The position numbers were made by a program, and so were the translations under genes. A stretch of DNA of 40,933 nt. Source: Acidobacteriota bacterium. GTDB lineage: Bacteria; Acidobacteriota; Polarisedimenticolia; SMYD01. Shown here one piece after another: positions 10,335-18,538 of this stretch. Each line of letters begins with the position of its first letter. The first letter of the stretch is position 1. Location: assembly GCA_027295805.1 (NCBI GenBank), contig JAPUKF010000295.1:1-40933 (forward strand), in the 5' to 3' direction. The notes under the pieces were generated by a model, which worked only from the letters and a program-made list of their open reading frames with translations, ran no database searches and was not told where the DNA came from.

Positions 10335-11707
10335 GCGGCGGTGGCAAGCGGTCGGTGAAGGTCGGCATGGTCTCGCTGGGTTGTCCCAAGAACACGGTGG
10401 ACAGCGAAGTGATGCTGGGACATCTGGGCCAGGCGGGGGCCACCCTCACCCGGAACGCCGACGAGGCCGACGTGGTGGTCATCAATACCTGCGGCTTCAT
10501 CGATGCCGCCAAGGAAGAATCGGTGGACACTATCCTGGCGGCGGTGCGGCGCAAGGAAGAAGGCCTCTGCCGGCGGGTTGTCGTGACCGGGTGCATGGTC
10601 CAGCGCTACGAGGAGGAACTGCGCCGTGAGATTCCCGAGATCGATGCCTTTGTGGATCTGGACGGACTGGGTGAAATCGCCCGGGCCGTGGGCATGGAAG
10701 AGGGCGCCGCGAACAGCACGGCGGCCGTGCCCCTGCCTGCTGCGCCCACAGGACTCCATCCCGCGACTTACCTGTATGACGCGGCAACCCCCCGCACCCT
10801 CTCGGGCCCGTCCTGGTCGGCTTATCTCAAGATTGCCGAGGGCTGCGACAACACCTGCTCCTTCTGCGCTATCCCGCGTTTCCGCGGCGCCTTCCGCTCC
10901 CGACCTCTGGATGACATCGTGCGTGAGGCACGGAATCTGGCTGCAGCGGGGATCGTGGAACTGAATCTCATTGCCCAGGATTCCACGGCCTACGGTGGCG
11001 ACCTCGGCCTGCGGGAGGGGCCGACCCGCCTGGTGGAGGCGCTGGCCGACATCCAGGAACTGAAATGGGTCCGCCTCTTCTACGTTTATCCCAACAAGGT
11101 CGACGACTCGCTCCTGCACGCCATGGGGGAGCGCAGCAACATCGCCGCCTATATCGACATCCCCCTCCAACATGCCGCCCGGTCGGTTCTGGCTCGCATG
11201 CGCCGGGGCGGGTCGGCGTCGGGGCATCTGCGGCTTCTGGAACGGATCCGACGCTTCATCCCCGGTGTTGCCATTCGCTCCACGGTCATCGTCGGCTTCC
11301 CCGGCGAGACCGAAACTGAGTTTCAGGAGGTGCTGACTTTCATCCGGGAAGCACGGTTCGACCATCTGGGCGCCTTCACCTACAGCCATGAAGACCACAC
11401 CACAGCCGCCGCCCTGGACGACGACGTTCCCGCCCAGATGAAAGAAGACCGCCGGGGCCTGGTCATGGCGGAGCAGGAGGCCATCGCGTCGGCACGCAAC
11501 GGGGACCGGGTGGGAAGCCGTCTGACCGTTCTCTGTGAAGGGACCTGCCTCGAGACCGAATACCTTCTGCAAGGCCGCCTGGAGGGCCAGGCCCCCGAAG
11601 TTGACGGCAGGGTGCTCATCCAGGAAGGAATCGCTAAAGCCGGTCAGTTTGTCCAGGTGGAGATCACCGAGGCACATCCTTACGACCTGGTGGGCCGAGT
11701 CGTATGA
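10331..11707 (+). CDS. rimO: Ribosomal protein S12 methylthiotransferase RimO
   Basis: SLGCPKN.VDSE, INTCGFI..AK.ES, radical SAM motif EGCDNTCSFC, C-terminal TRAM (APEVDG). GTG start overlaps the upstream TGA. Confidence 0.95.
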   Translation: MSGGGKRSVKVGMVSLGCPKNTVDSEVMLGHLGQAGATLTRNADEADVVVINTCGFIDAAKEESVDTILAAVRRKEEGLCRRVVVTGCMVQRYEEELRREIPEIDAFVDLDGLGEIARAVGMEEGAANSTAAVPLPAAPTGLHPATYLYDAATPRTLSGPSWSAYLKIAEGCDNTCSFCAIPRFRGAFRSRPLDDIVREARNLAAAGIVELNLIAQDSTAYGGDLGLREGPTRLVEALADIQELKWVRLFYVYPNKVDDSLLHAMGERSNIAAYIDIPLQHAARSVLARMRRGGSASGHLRLLERIRRFIPGVAIRSTVIVGFPGETETEFQEVLTFIREARFDHLGAFTYSHEDHTTAAALDDDVPAQMKEDRRGLVMAEQEAIASARNGDRVGSRLTVLCEGTCLETEYLLQGRLEGQAPEVDGRVLIQEGIAKAGQFVQVEITEAHPYDLVGRVV

Positions 11708-12177
11708 GAGTCCTGAACAATCTTCTCTTCCTCCTGGCCACCGGGTTCGGCTCCGGTCGCTCACCCCTGGTGCCGGGCACCACCGGCACCCTGGCCGCCA
11801 TTCCCGTGCACGTGTCCGCCGCGTGGCTGCTGGGGCCGCGCTACTTCGCGGCGGCCGCCGTCCTCTTCGTACCCCTGGCCATCGCCGCGGCCAACGTCGC
11901 CTGCAATCGCCTCCCGCTGAAAGACCCGGGCCTGATCGTCGTGGATGAATGGGCCGGCTACTTCCTGACGGTCGCCCTGCATCCTCTCAACTGGCAGACC
12001 ATAGCCGCCGGGTTCCTGATTTTTCGCATTCTGGACGTGGCCAAACCGTTCCCGGCCCGCCGCCTGGAGCACCTCCCGGGCGGCACCGGCGTTGTCCTGG
12101 ACGATGTGATGGTCGGCCTTTATGGCAACTTGATCCTGTGGTTGATCCTCGGACCGCTGAGGACACTCCTGGCATGA
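11704..12177 (+). CDS. pgpA: Phosphatidylglycerophosphatase A
   Basis: TGFGSG..P..PGT.GT, DPG.IVVDE..G, FR..D..KP.P, G.GV.LDD motifs. Confidence 0.92.
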   Translation: MRVLNNLLFLLATGFGSGRSPLVPGTTGTLAAIPVHVSAAWLLGPRYFAAAAVLFVPLAIAAANVACNRLPLKDPGLIVVDEWAGYFLTVALHPLNWQTIAAGFLIFRILDVAKPFPARRLEHLPGGTGVVLDDVMVGLYGNLILWLILGPLRTLLA

Positions 12178-13097
12178 AAATCGTTTACTCCCCTGATGAC
12201 CTGGACGGCAGCCTGTCCCACCCGGTGGCGGCCGTGGGAAATTTCGACGGCGTACACCTGGGTCACCAGCGCATCCTTGAAACCCTGAAGCAGCGGGCGG
12301 CGCCACACGGCGGTACGGTGGTGGTGATCAGCTTCAATCCCCATCCTCAAAGGGTCCTCCATCCCGACACAGCACCCCGGCTCATCGCCACCCGCCTGCA
12401 AAAGGTTGCCTGGTTGGAGGAGGCCGGTGTGGACCTGATGCTGGAACTGCCGTTCACCCGCGAGCTCTCGGCCCTCACGCCTGAAGCCTTTGTGACGCGG
12501 ATCCTGCTGCGCGGCCTGCGCGTGGCCGAGGTTCATATCGGGCGCAATTTCCGCTTCGGCCACGACCGCTCCGGCGACTTTGAAACCCTTGAAGAACTCG
12601 GGCGCCGCCACGGCTTCACCGCCATGCCCGTCACCGGCGTCCGGCTGGACGGGAGGCGTATCAGTTCCAGCCGCGTGCGCGCGGCTCTGGGCGCCGGGGA
12701 CGTGCAACTGGCCGCGGCGCTCCTGGGGCGAGAGGAAGAACTGGTGGGGCCGGTGGTCCCCGGCGATGCCCGGGGCCGCATCCTGGGATTCCCCACCGCC
12801 AACCTGGCCGTGGAGAACGAACTGGTTCCCTTCACAGGCGTCTACGCCACCCATCTCGTGGTGGACGATGAGCCGTTGCCGGCGGTGACCAACATCGGCT
12901 CGCGGCCCACCTTCCCCGGGGCGGGTCCGGCGGTGGAAACGCATATCCTGGATTACGGGGGCGACCTGTATGGCCACAGGGTGCGCCTGCGCTTCACGCG
13001 CCGCCTCCGCGATGAGCAGCGCTTTGCGGGACTTCCCGAACTCAAAGCCCAGATCGCCCTGGACGTGGCCGCGGCCCGCAAGGTTTTCGGCGCCTGA
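12174..13097 (+). CDS. ribF: Bifunctional riboflavin kinase / FAD synthetase
   Basis: GNFDGVHLGHQ, F.PHP, FRFG, ISSSR.R, GR.LGFPTAN, NIG.RPTF, ETHI. ATG at 12174 overlaps the pgpA stop. Confidence 0.95.
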   Translation: MKIVYSPDDLDGSLSHPVAAVGNFDGVHLGHQRILETLKQRAAPHGGTVVVISFNPHPQRVLHPDTAPRLIATRLQKVAWLEEAGVDLMLELPFTRELSALTPEAFVTRILLRGLRVAEVHIGRNFRFGHDRSGDFETLEELGRRHGFTAMPVTGVRLDGRRISSSRVRAALGAGDVQLAAALLGREEELVGPVVPGDARGRILGFPTANLAVENELVPFTGVYATHLVVDDEPLPAVTNIGSRPTFPGAGPAVETHILDYGGDLYGHRVRLRFTRRLRDEQRFAGLPELKAQIALDVAAARKVFGA

Positions 13098-13102
13098 GGC
13101 GA

Positions 13103-13531
13103 ATGGTCGCAAGGTGCGCCGCCATCGTTCTGCTGGCCCTGCTCCCGGGTGCCTGTGCCCCATCATCTCCCCAGGATGAACCCGACAGGGTGATGCGGAC
13201 ATTCTGCACCCTTTATTTCGAGAAGGCGGATCTCATGGCGGCTCTTCCCTGGGTTGCCGGCGCCGCCCGCAACGTCCTTCTGGAGGAGATGCGCCATCTC
13301 CCCGTCGGCGCCGCCACGACGCCCCGGCCCCGGGTGCGCTGGACGGTTGTTCGGCGCCAGGAGATGTCCACGACCCAGGCCGTCCGCTACCGCGTGGAAG
13401 TTCGGCTCTCCCCCCTGCCCGGAGCGGCGGCCGATTCCGTAGCATGGGTCCTCCCGTTTACCCTCCTTCTGGAGAATACCTCCGGGAAGGGTCTGCCTGC
13501 CTGGCGGGTGACGGCCGTGGACCAGGGCTGA
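13103..13531 (+). CDS. Hypothetical lipoprotein
   Basis: Hydrophobic N-terminus ending LPGA-C (lipobox-like); fills the gap between ribF and the Rieske gene with 5-nt spacers. Confidence 0.6.
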   Translation: MVARCAAIVLLALLPGACAPSSPQDEPDRVMRTFCTLYFEKADLMAALPWVAGAARNVLLEEMRHLPVGAATTPRPRVRWTVVRRQEMSTTQAVRYRVEVRLSPLPGAAADSVAWVLPFTLLLENTSGKGLPAWRVTAVDQG

Positions 13532-13536
13532 CGGAG

Positions 13537-14028
13537 GTGAGCAACAGGCTGCAGCGCGGCATCATCATGTTGGTGGCCTTCATACTGGCCATCCTGGCCG
13601 CCATCGTCTTCTTCGCCCCGTCCACGCCTGGAGATCCGCCGGCCGGTGGTCCCCTCAGAATGGTTGTCCCGGAGGGTGCCCTTCCCCCACCCGGCCGGGT
13701 CATGGTGCTGGGCGACCTCCCTGTATCCCTGGGTCATCGCCGGGATGGTGGGCTTTATGCTCTCAGCCTGCGCTGCCCCTACCTGGGATGCCTGCTCGCC
13801 TGGAACGAGGGAACCGGCCAGTTCCATTGTCCCTGCCATGGCGACCGTTTTACCGCGGATGGGTCGGTTCTCATCGGCCGATCTCCCACTCATCTGAATC
13901 GTTTCAGCCTGCGGTGGGCGCCCGCTTCAGGGGTGGAAGTCTTCTTTTCAAGAGGATTTGCCATGGTGGGAAGAGAGCAGCCACCCGATGTACAGTATCC
14001 ACTCAGCCTGCTTGAATTACATATGTGA
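13537..14028 (+). CDS. Membrane-anchored Rieske-type [2Fe-2S] protein with atypical box I
   Basis: N-terminal TM helix; YALSLRCPYLGC...FHCPCHGDRF..DG (box I has Tyr where His is expected). GTG start chosen at 13537. Confidence 0.8.
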   Translation: MSNRLQRGIIMLVAFILAILAAIVFFAPSTPGDPPAGGPLRMVVPEGALPPPGRVMVLGDLPVSLGHRRDGGLYALSLRCPYLGCLLAWNEGTGQFHCPCHGDRFTADGSVLIGRSPTHLNRFSLRWAPASGVEVFFSRGFAMVGREQPPDVQYPLSLLELHM

Positions 14029-14055
14029 AAGATGAGATATTTATATTAATTCCAC

Positions 14056-14084
14056 TTGACATCGCATATGCATCGACGTACTTT
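14056..14084 (+). promoter_or_regulatory. Sigma70-type promoter with no downstream CDS
   Basis: TTGACA (14056-14061), 17-nt spacer, TACTTT (14079-14084), preceded by an AT-rich UP-like tract (14036-14052). Confidence 0.7.
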
Positions 14085-14090
14085 AACCGC

Positions 14091-14246
14091 GAACGAAAAC
14101 ACGAAACCAAAAACTCGAAAGGAGACGCCCCCCAGCCAAACCCCTTCCCCCTCAGCCGCGAGAATCATCCGGACCGCGGCTTGTACCATCGTAGGACTCC
14201 CCCAGACCCCTCGGCACCCCCCCCCGGCCGAGGGGTCGCTCTTTGT
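14091..14246 (+). ncRNA. Candidate small RNA, about 155 nt, unknown family
   Basis: Bounded by the orphan promoter and a terminator-like hairpin; internal 7-bp hairpin (14154-14160/14175-14181); no start codon after its AAAGGAG. Confidence 0.5.
14205..14246 (+). terminator. Intrinsic terminator-like hairpin, possibly also used by convergent leuS
   Basis: GACCCCTCGGC (14205-14215) pairs with GCCGAGGGGTC (14227-14237), 11 bp perfect, C9-containing loop, followed by GCTCTTTGT. Confidence 0.65.
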
Positions 14247-14255
14247 GGGGCCTTC

Positions 14256-16850
14256 CTAGACGACCACGTTGACGAGACGCCCGGGGACAACGATGACTTT
14301 CCTGGGCTCGCGGCCGTCGAGAATCTTGACGATGCGTTCGTGCGCAAGAGCCACGGCCTGCGCCTGCTCGGGTGAGGCATCGGCCGGCACGCTGACATTG
14401 GCCCGCAACTTCCCGTTCACCGTGACCGCGATCTGGACCACATCGCGAGCCAGGGCCGACTCATCCCATTCCGGCCAGCCGCTGGCAAGGATCGAGTTGG
14501 AGCCGCCCAGATCGCGCCAGAGCTCTTCGGTGATATGGGGGGCAAACGGGTGCAGAAGCTGCAGTAGGACCTTCAGGGCCCGGCCGATTCCCGGCCGGTT
14601 CCATTTTTCGGTGGCCGTCTTCTGCAGGTAGTCCGCCAGAAAATTGGTGAACTCCATGAGGGCCGCCACCGCAGTGTTGAAGTGCAGATCCTGCCCCATG
14701 TCACGGGTGACCTTCTTGGTGACGGCATGAGTCCGGCGACGGAGTTCGACGTCTCCTGACGCCGGATCCTCGGCGGCCAGAGCCAGCACGCCCTGCGACG
14801 GGAGCGGCCCGCGGCTGAGTTCCTCGGCTGTCTCCTGGAAGAGCTTCCAGATCCGGTTGAGAAAACGGGATGCCCCCCGCACCCCCTCGTCGGACCATTC
14901 ACACTCCCGCTCCGGAGGTGCCATGAAAAGAGTGAACAGGCGTTCGGTGTCGGCGCCGAACTGGTCGATGATGGAGGCCGGCGCCACCACGTTGTATTTC
15001 GACTTGGCCATCTTTTGCAGAGAGATCTCCACCGTCTCAGCACACTGGGGACAGGCCCCCTCCTTGACCTGGGCGATGGGCACCCAGCCGTGGCGCCCAC
15101 AGCGCGCCGCCGGATAGGTGATCATCCCCTGGGTGAACAGCCGGGCAAACGGTTCTTCAAACTCGGTCCAGCCGATGTCGTGTAGAAACTTGGTCACGAA
15201 GCGGGCATAGAGAAGATGCAGGATGGCGTGCTCGATACCGCCGATGTACTGGCCCACCGGCAACCAGCGATTGACCTCCTCCCTGTCGAACGGCGCGCTG
15301 GTGAGCCGCGCGGAGATGAAGCGCAGGAAGTACCAGGAGGAATCGACGAACGTATCCATGGTGTCGGTCTCACGCCGGGCAGGGGAACCGCAGACGGGAC
15401 AGGATGTTTCTACGAATTCCGGACAGGACGCCAGCGGAGAGTCGCCCGTGGGACGGAACTCCACCTCGCGGGGGAGTTCCACCGGCAACTGATCATCGGG
15501 GACCGGCACTTCGCCGCAGGCATCGCAATAGACGATGGGAATGGGCGCACCCCAGTAGCGCTGCCGGGAGATGAGCCAGTCCCGCAGACGGAAGTTGACC
15601 GTCCCCTGCCCGAACCCTTCCTTCTCGGCGTGGGCGATCATCTCAGCGATACCCTGGCGATTGTTCCGGCCGGTCCATGGCCCGCTGTTCACCATGGTGC
15701 CATCAGCGGTAAACGCCTTCGTCATGGCAGCCGCGTCCAGGGGGCCCTCGGGCCCTGCAATGACAACTCTGACAGGAAGGTCGCTGGCGCGGGCGAATTC
15801 AAAATCCCTCTGATCATGGGCCGGAACGGCCATGATGGCCCCGGTGCCGTAGCTGGTCAGCACGAAGTTGGCCACCCAGATGGGCACCTTCTCACCGCTG
15901 TACGGATTGATGGCATGGCGGCCGGTGAACAGACCCCGTTTCTCCACCAGGCCCGCCGCGCGGGCGAAGGCCGACTCACGCCGGGCCTCGCCGGCGAACT
16001 CCAGCACCGCCTTCTCCTCGGGCCGACCGGCGACCAGGCCGGCCAGCCGCGGATGCTCCGGCGCCACGGCCATGAACGTCGCGCCGAATATCGTATCGGG
16101 ACGGGTTGTATAGACCCGCAGGCCCTCGTGGTCCGGCTCATCCACAAGTTTGAAATCGAGTTCCACGCCTTCTGAGCGGCCGATCCAGTTGGCCTGCATG
16201 ACCTTGACCCGCTCCGGCCAATCTTCGAGGGTGTGCAGGTCCTGCAGAAGACGATCCGCATAGTGGGTGATGCGCAGAAACCACTGCTCCAGGTCCCGCT
16301 GGTCCACGGTGTTGCCGCAGCGCTCACAGGCCCCATCCACAACCTGTTCGTTGGCCAGAACGGTTTTGCACGAATCGCACCAGTTCACGTCGGCGCGCCG
16401 GCGGTAGGCGAGACCTTTTTCATGCATCCGCAGGAAGAGCCACTGTGTCCAGCGGTAGAACCCGGGATGGCAGGAAGCCAGCTCTCGATCCCAGTCGTAG
16501 ACGATGCCCCACTCCTTGAACTGGTGGCGCATGTTGTCGATGTTGTCGCGGGTGGAGTCGGCCGGATGGACCCCCTGGCGAATGGCGAAATTCTCCGCCG
16601 GCAGGCCGAAAGCATCCCAGCCCATGGGAGAAAGGACATTGTGGCCGCGCATCTTCATGAACCGGCAGAGAGCATCACCGATGATGTAGTTGCGTCCGTG
16701 ACCCACATGGAGGGTCCCCGACGGGTAGGGGAACATCATGAGCATGTAGAAATCCCGGCCACCGCCGGCAGGCTCTGCTGCGAACAGCTTCTCCCGTTGC
16801 CAGAATTCCTGCCAGTGAGGCTCGATCTTCTTGAAATCGTAGGACTTCAT
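14256..16850 (-). CDS. leuS: Leucine--tRNA ligase
   Basis: MFPYPSG.LHVGH (HIGH), GWDAFGLPAEN, CP1 editing domain (TTRPDT, GTGAIMAVPAHDQRD), DWLISRQRYWG, KMAKS, VNGKLR. Confidence 0.97.
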   Translation of the reverse strand: MKSYDFKKIEPHWQEFWQREKLFAAEPAGGGRDFYMLMMFPYPSGTLHVGHGRNYIIGDALCRFMKMRGHNVLSPMGWDAFGLPAENFAIRQGVHPADSTRDNIDNMRHQFKEWGIVYDWDRELASCHPGFYRWTQWLFLRMHEKGLAYRRRADVNWCDSCKTVLANEQVVDGACERCGNTVDQRDLEQWFLRITHYADRLLQDLHTLEDWPERVKVMQANWIGRSEGVELDFKLVDEPDHEGLRVYTTRPDTIFGATFMAVAPEHPRLAGLVAGRPEEKAVLEFAGEARRESAFARAAGLVEKRGLFTGRHAINPYSGEKVPIWVANFVLTSYGTGAIMAVPAHDQRDFEFARASDLPVRVVIAGPEGPLDAAAMTKAFTADGTMVNSGPWTGRNNRQGIAEMIAHAEKEGFGQGTVNFRLRDWLISRQRYWGAPIPIVYCDACGEVPVPDDQLPVELPREVEFRPTGDSPLASCPEFVETSCPVCGSPARRETDTMDTFVDSSWYFLRFISARLTSAPFDREEVNRWLPVGQYIGGIEHAILHLLYARFVTKFLHDIGWTEFEEPFARLFTQGMITYPAARCGRHGWVPIAQVKEGACPQCAETVEISLQKMAKSKYNVVAPASIIDQFGADTERLFTLFMAPPERECEWSDEGVRGASRFLNRIWKLFQETAEELSRGPLPSQGVLALAAEDPASGDVELRRRTHAVTKKVTRDMGQDLHFNTAVAALMEFTNFLADYLQKTATEKWNRPGIGRALKVLLQLLHPFAPHITEELWRDLGGSNSILASGWPEWDESALARDVVQIAVTVNGKLRANVSVPADASPEQAQAVALAHERIVKILDGREPRKVIVVPGRLVNVVV

Positions 16851-16963
16851 GGATGTTGCAGATTATCACCGGGAAGGGACAGGGGCCAGGTTGACTCTTG
16901 TAAACACAAGTTCTGCAGGAAGTGGACATCGGCCCCACCGAACCCAATATTCCGTTGTGGACC

Positions 16964-18412
16964 ATGGACATACAGGAACTTCTACGCTTCATGGTGGCCC
17001 GCGAGGCCTCCGACCTGCATCTGAAAGCGATGCGGCCGCCCCTCCTGCGCCTGGACCAGAAACTGGTGCCGGCCGGGGAGAAACCGCTTGCACCGGATCA
17101 GATCGAGAAGATGATCCTGTCGATCCTGTCGCCCAAGCACAAGCAGAAACTGGACGAACAATTGTGGGTCGACCTGGGTTACTCCCTGCCCGGCGTCTCC
17201 CGCTTTCGTGTCTCGGTCACTTTTCAGCGCGGCACACTGGCGGCGGTCTTCCGCCGCATCCCCTTCAAGTTTCCCTCCATCGACGAATGGGGGCTGCCCG
17301 AGGTCATCAAGGACCTGGCGACCCTGAAGAACGGCCTGGTGCTGGTCACCGGTCCCACCGGTTCGGGCAAGTCGTCGACACTGGCCTCCCTCCTGCGCCT
17401 CATTTGCGAGACGCGGCCTGTTCATGTCGTCACCATCGAAGATCCCATCGAGTTTCTCATCACCGACGACATGGGCGCCATCAGCCAGCGGGAGATCGGT
17501 ACCGACACGTGGAGCTTCGCTGATGCCCTGCACAACGTTCTGCGCCAGGACCCCGATGTCATCGCCGTGGGTGAGATGCGCAACCTGGAAACCATGGCCA
17601 CGGCCTTGACCGCGGCCGAGACCGGACACCTGGTTTTCTCGACTCTGCACACCAACTCGGCCGCTCAGTCCATCGACCGGGTGATGGATATGTTCCCGCC
17701 CAAGCAGCAAGCGCAGGTCCGCGGCCAGCTGGCCCAGGTTCTCAAGGCGATCGTCTCCCTCAACCTGGTCAGGCGGAAGGACGGCAAGGGACTGATAGCG
17801 GCGGTGGAACTTCTGATCATGACACCTCGCATCAGCAAGCTCATCGAAGAGAACGACATTCCGGAAATTGAACTCGAGATTGAAAAGTCGGTCTCGTTCT
17901 TCAAGATGCAGACCATGAATCAATCTCTGATGGCTCTGGTGCTCAATGGCGTCGTGGATGCCGGTGTCGCCCAGGCCGCCTCGCTGAATCCGGAGGATTT
18001 CGACAGGGACATGCGCAAGGTTCTGTTCGCCTCGGCGAATGGAGAGGTTGCGCCGGGAGAAGAAATGGCCGACTCAAGTGCTGATTTCTCGAAGATCGCC
18101 GAACTGCAGGAGATCAAGCGTCTCTACGATGAAGGTCAGGAGCGCTTCGCGCAGGAACTGGACCAGAAGGAGAGAACCATCCAGGATCTCAACGAGCAGC
18201 TCCACGGCAAGGAGATGGAGGTGCGACAGATCCAGGACTCCACCTCAGACAACAGCGATGAGGTCGAAGAAGCGCGCAAGGAAACTGCCCTGGTCAGGAA
18301 GGAACTGGAAGGCCGCCTGGCCAAGCTCCAGGCCCGGGTGAAAGAACTCACTGACAATGCCACCCCGGAACCTGCCCCCGCCCCCACCAAGCGCGGCTTC
18401 TTCTCACGCTAA
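16964..18412 (+). CDS. PilT/PilU-family pilus retraction ATPase with C-terminal coiled-coil extension
   Basis: ASDLHL, GPTGSGKSST (Walker A), TIEDPIE, LRQDPDVI.VGEMR, AAETGHLVFSTLHTN. AIRNLIRE is replaced by RISKLIEE. About 115-aa acidic heptad-like tail. Start taken at ATG 16964. Confidence 0.88.
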   Translation: MDIQELLRFMVAREASDLHLKAMRPPLLRLDQKLVPAGEKPLAPDQIEKMILSILSPKHKQKLDEQLWVDLGYSLPGVSRFRVSVTFQRGTLAAVFRRIPFKFPSIDEWGLPEVIKDLATLKNGLVLVTGPTGSGKSSTLASLLRLICETRPVHVVTIEDPIEFLITDDMGAISQREIGTDTWSFADALHNVLRQDPDVIAVGEMRNLETMATALTAAETGHLVFSTLHTNSAAQSIDRVMDMFPPKQQAQVRGQLAQVLKAIVSLNLVRRKDGKGLIAAVELLIMTPRISKLIEENDIPEIELEIEKSVSFFKMQTMNQSLMALVLNGVVDAGVAQAASLNPEDFDRDMRKVLFASANGEVAPGEEMADSSADFSKIAELQEIKRLYDEGQERFAQELDQKERTIQDLNEQLHGKEMEVRQIQDSTSDNSDEVEEARKETALVRKELEGRLAKLQARVKELTDNATPEPAPAPTKRGFFSR

Positions 18413-18538
18413 CTCATCCAAATCAAGGCATTCCGGTGCCCTCCCGTCCCCTGGCTCGCAGCCGCCGCCGTTTTTGCGTATATACTTCGCAGATGCGGCC
18501 GGCCTGAACTCTGCTCGCACAACCATGACAGGAGCACT

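Noticed and set aside
14025-14375. ORFs 14025-14375 and 14056-14259 across the Rieske-leuS gap
   Set aside because: They start upstream of or within the promoter, run through the terminator hairpin, and have low-complexity, non-protein-like composition.
16897-16910. CTTGT-AAAC-ACAAG inverted repeat in the leuS/PilT divergent gap
   Set aside because: Only 5-bp arms and a single occurrence; too weak to call an operator.
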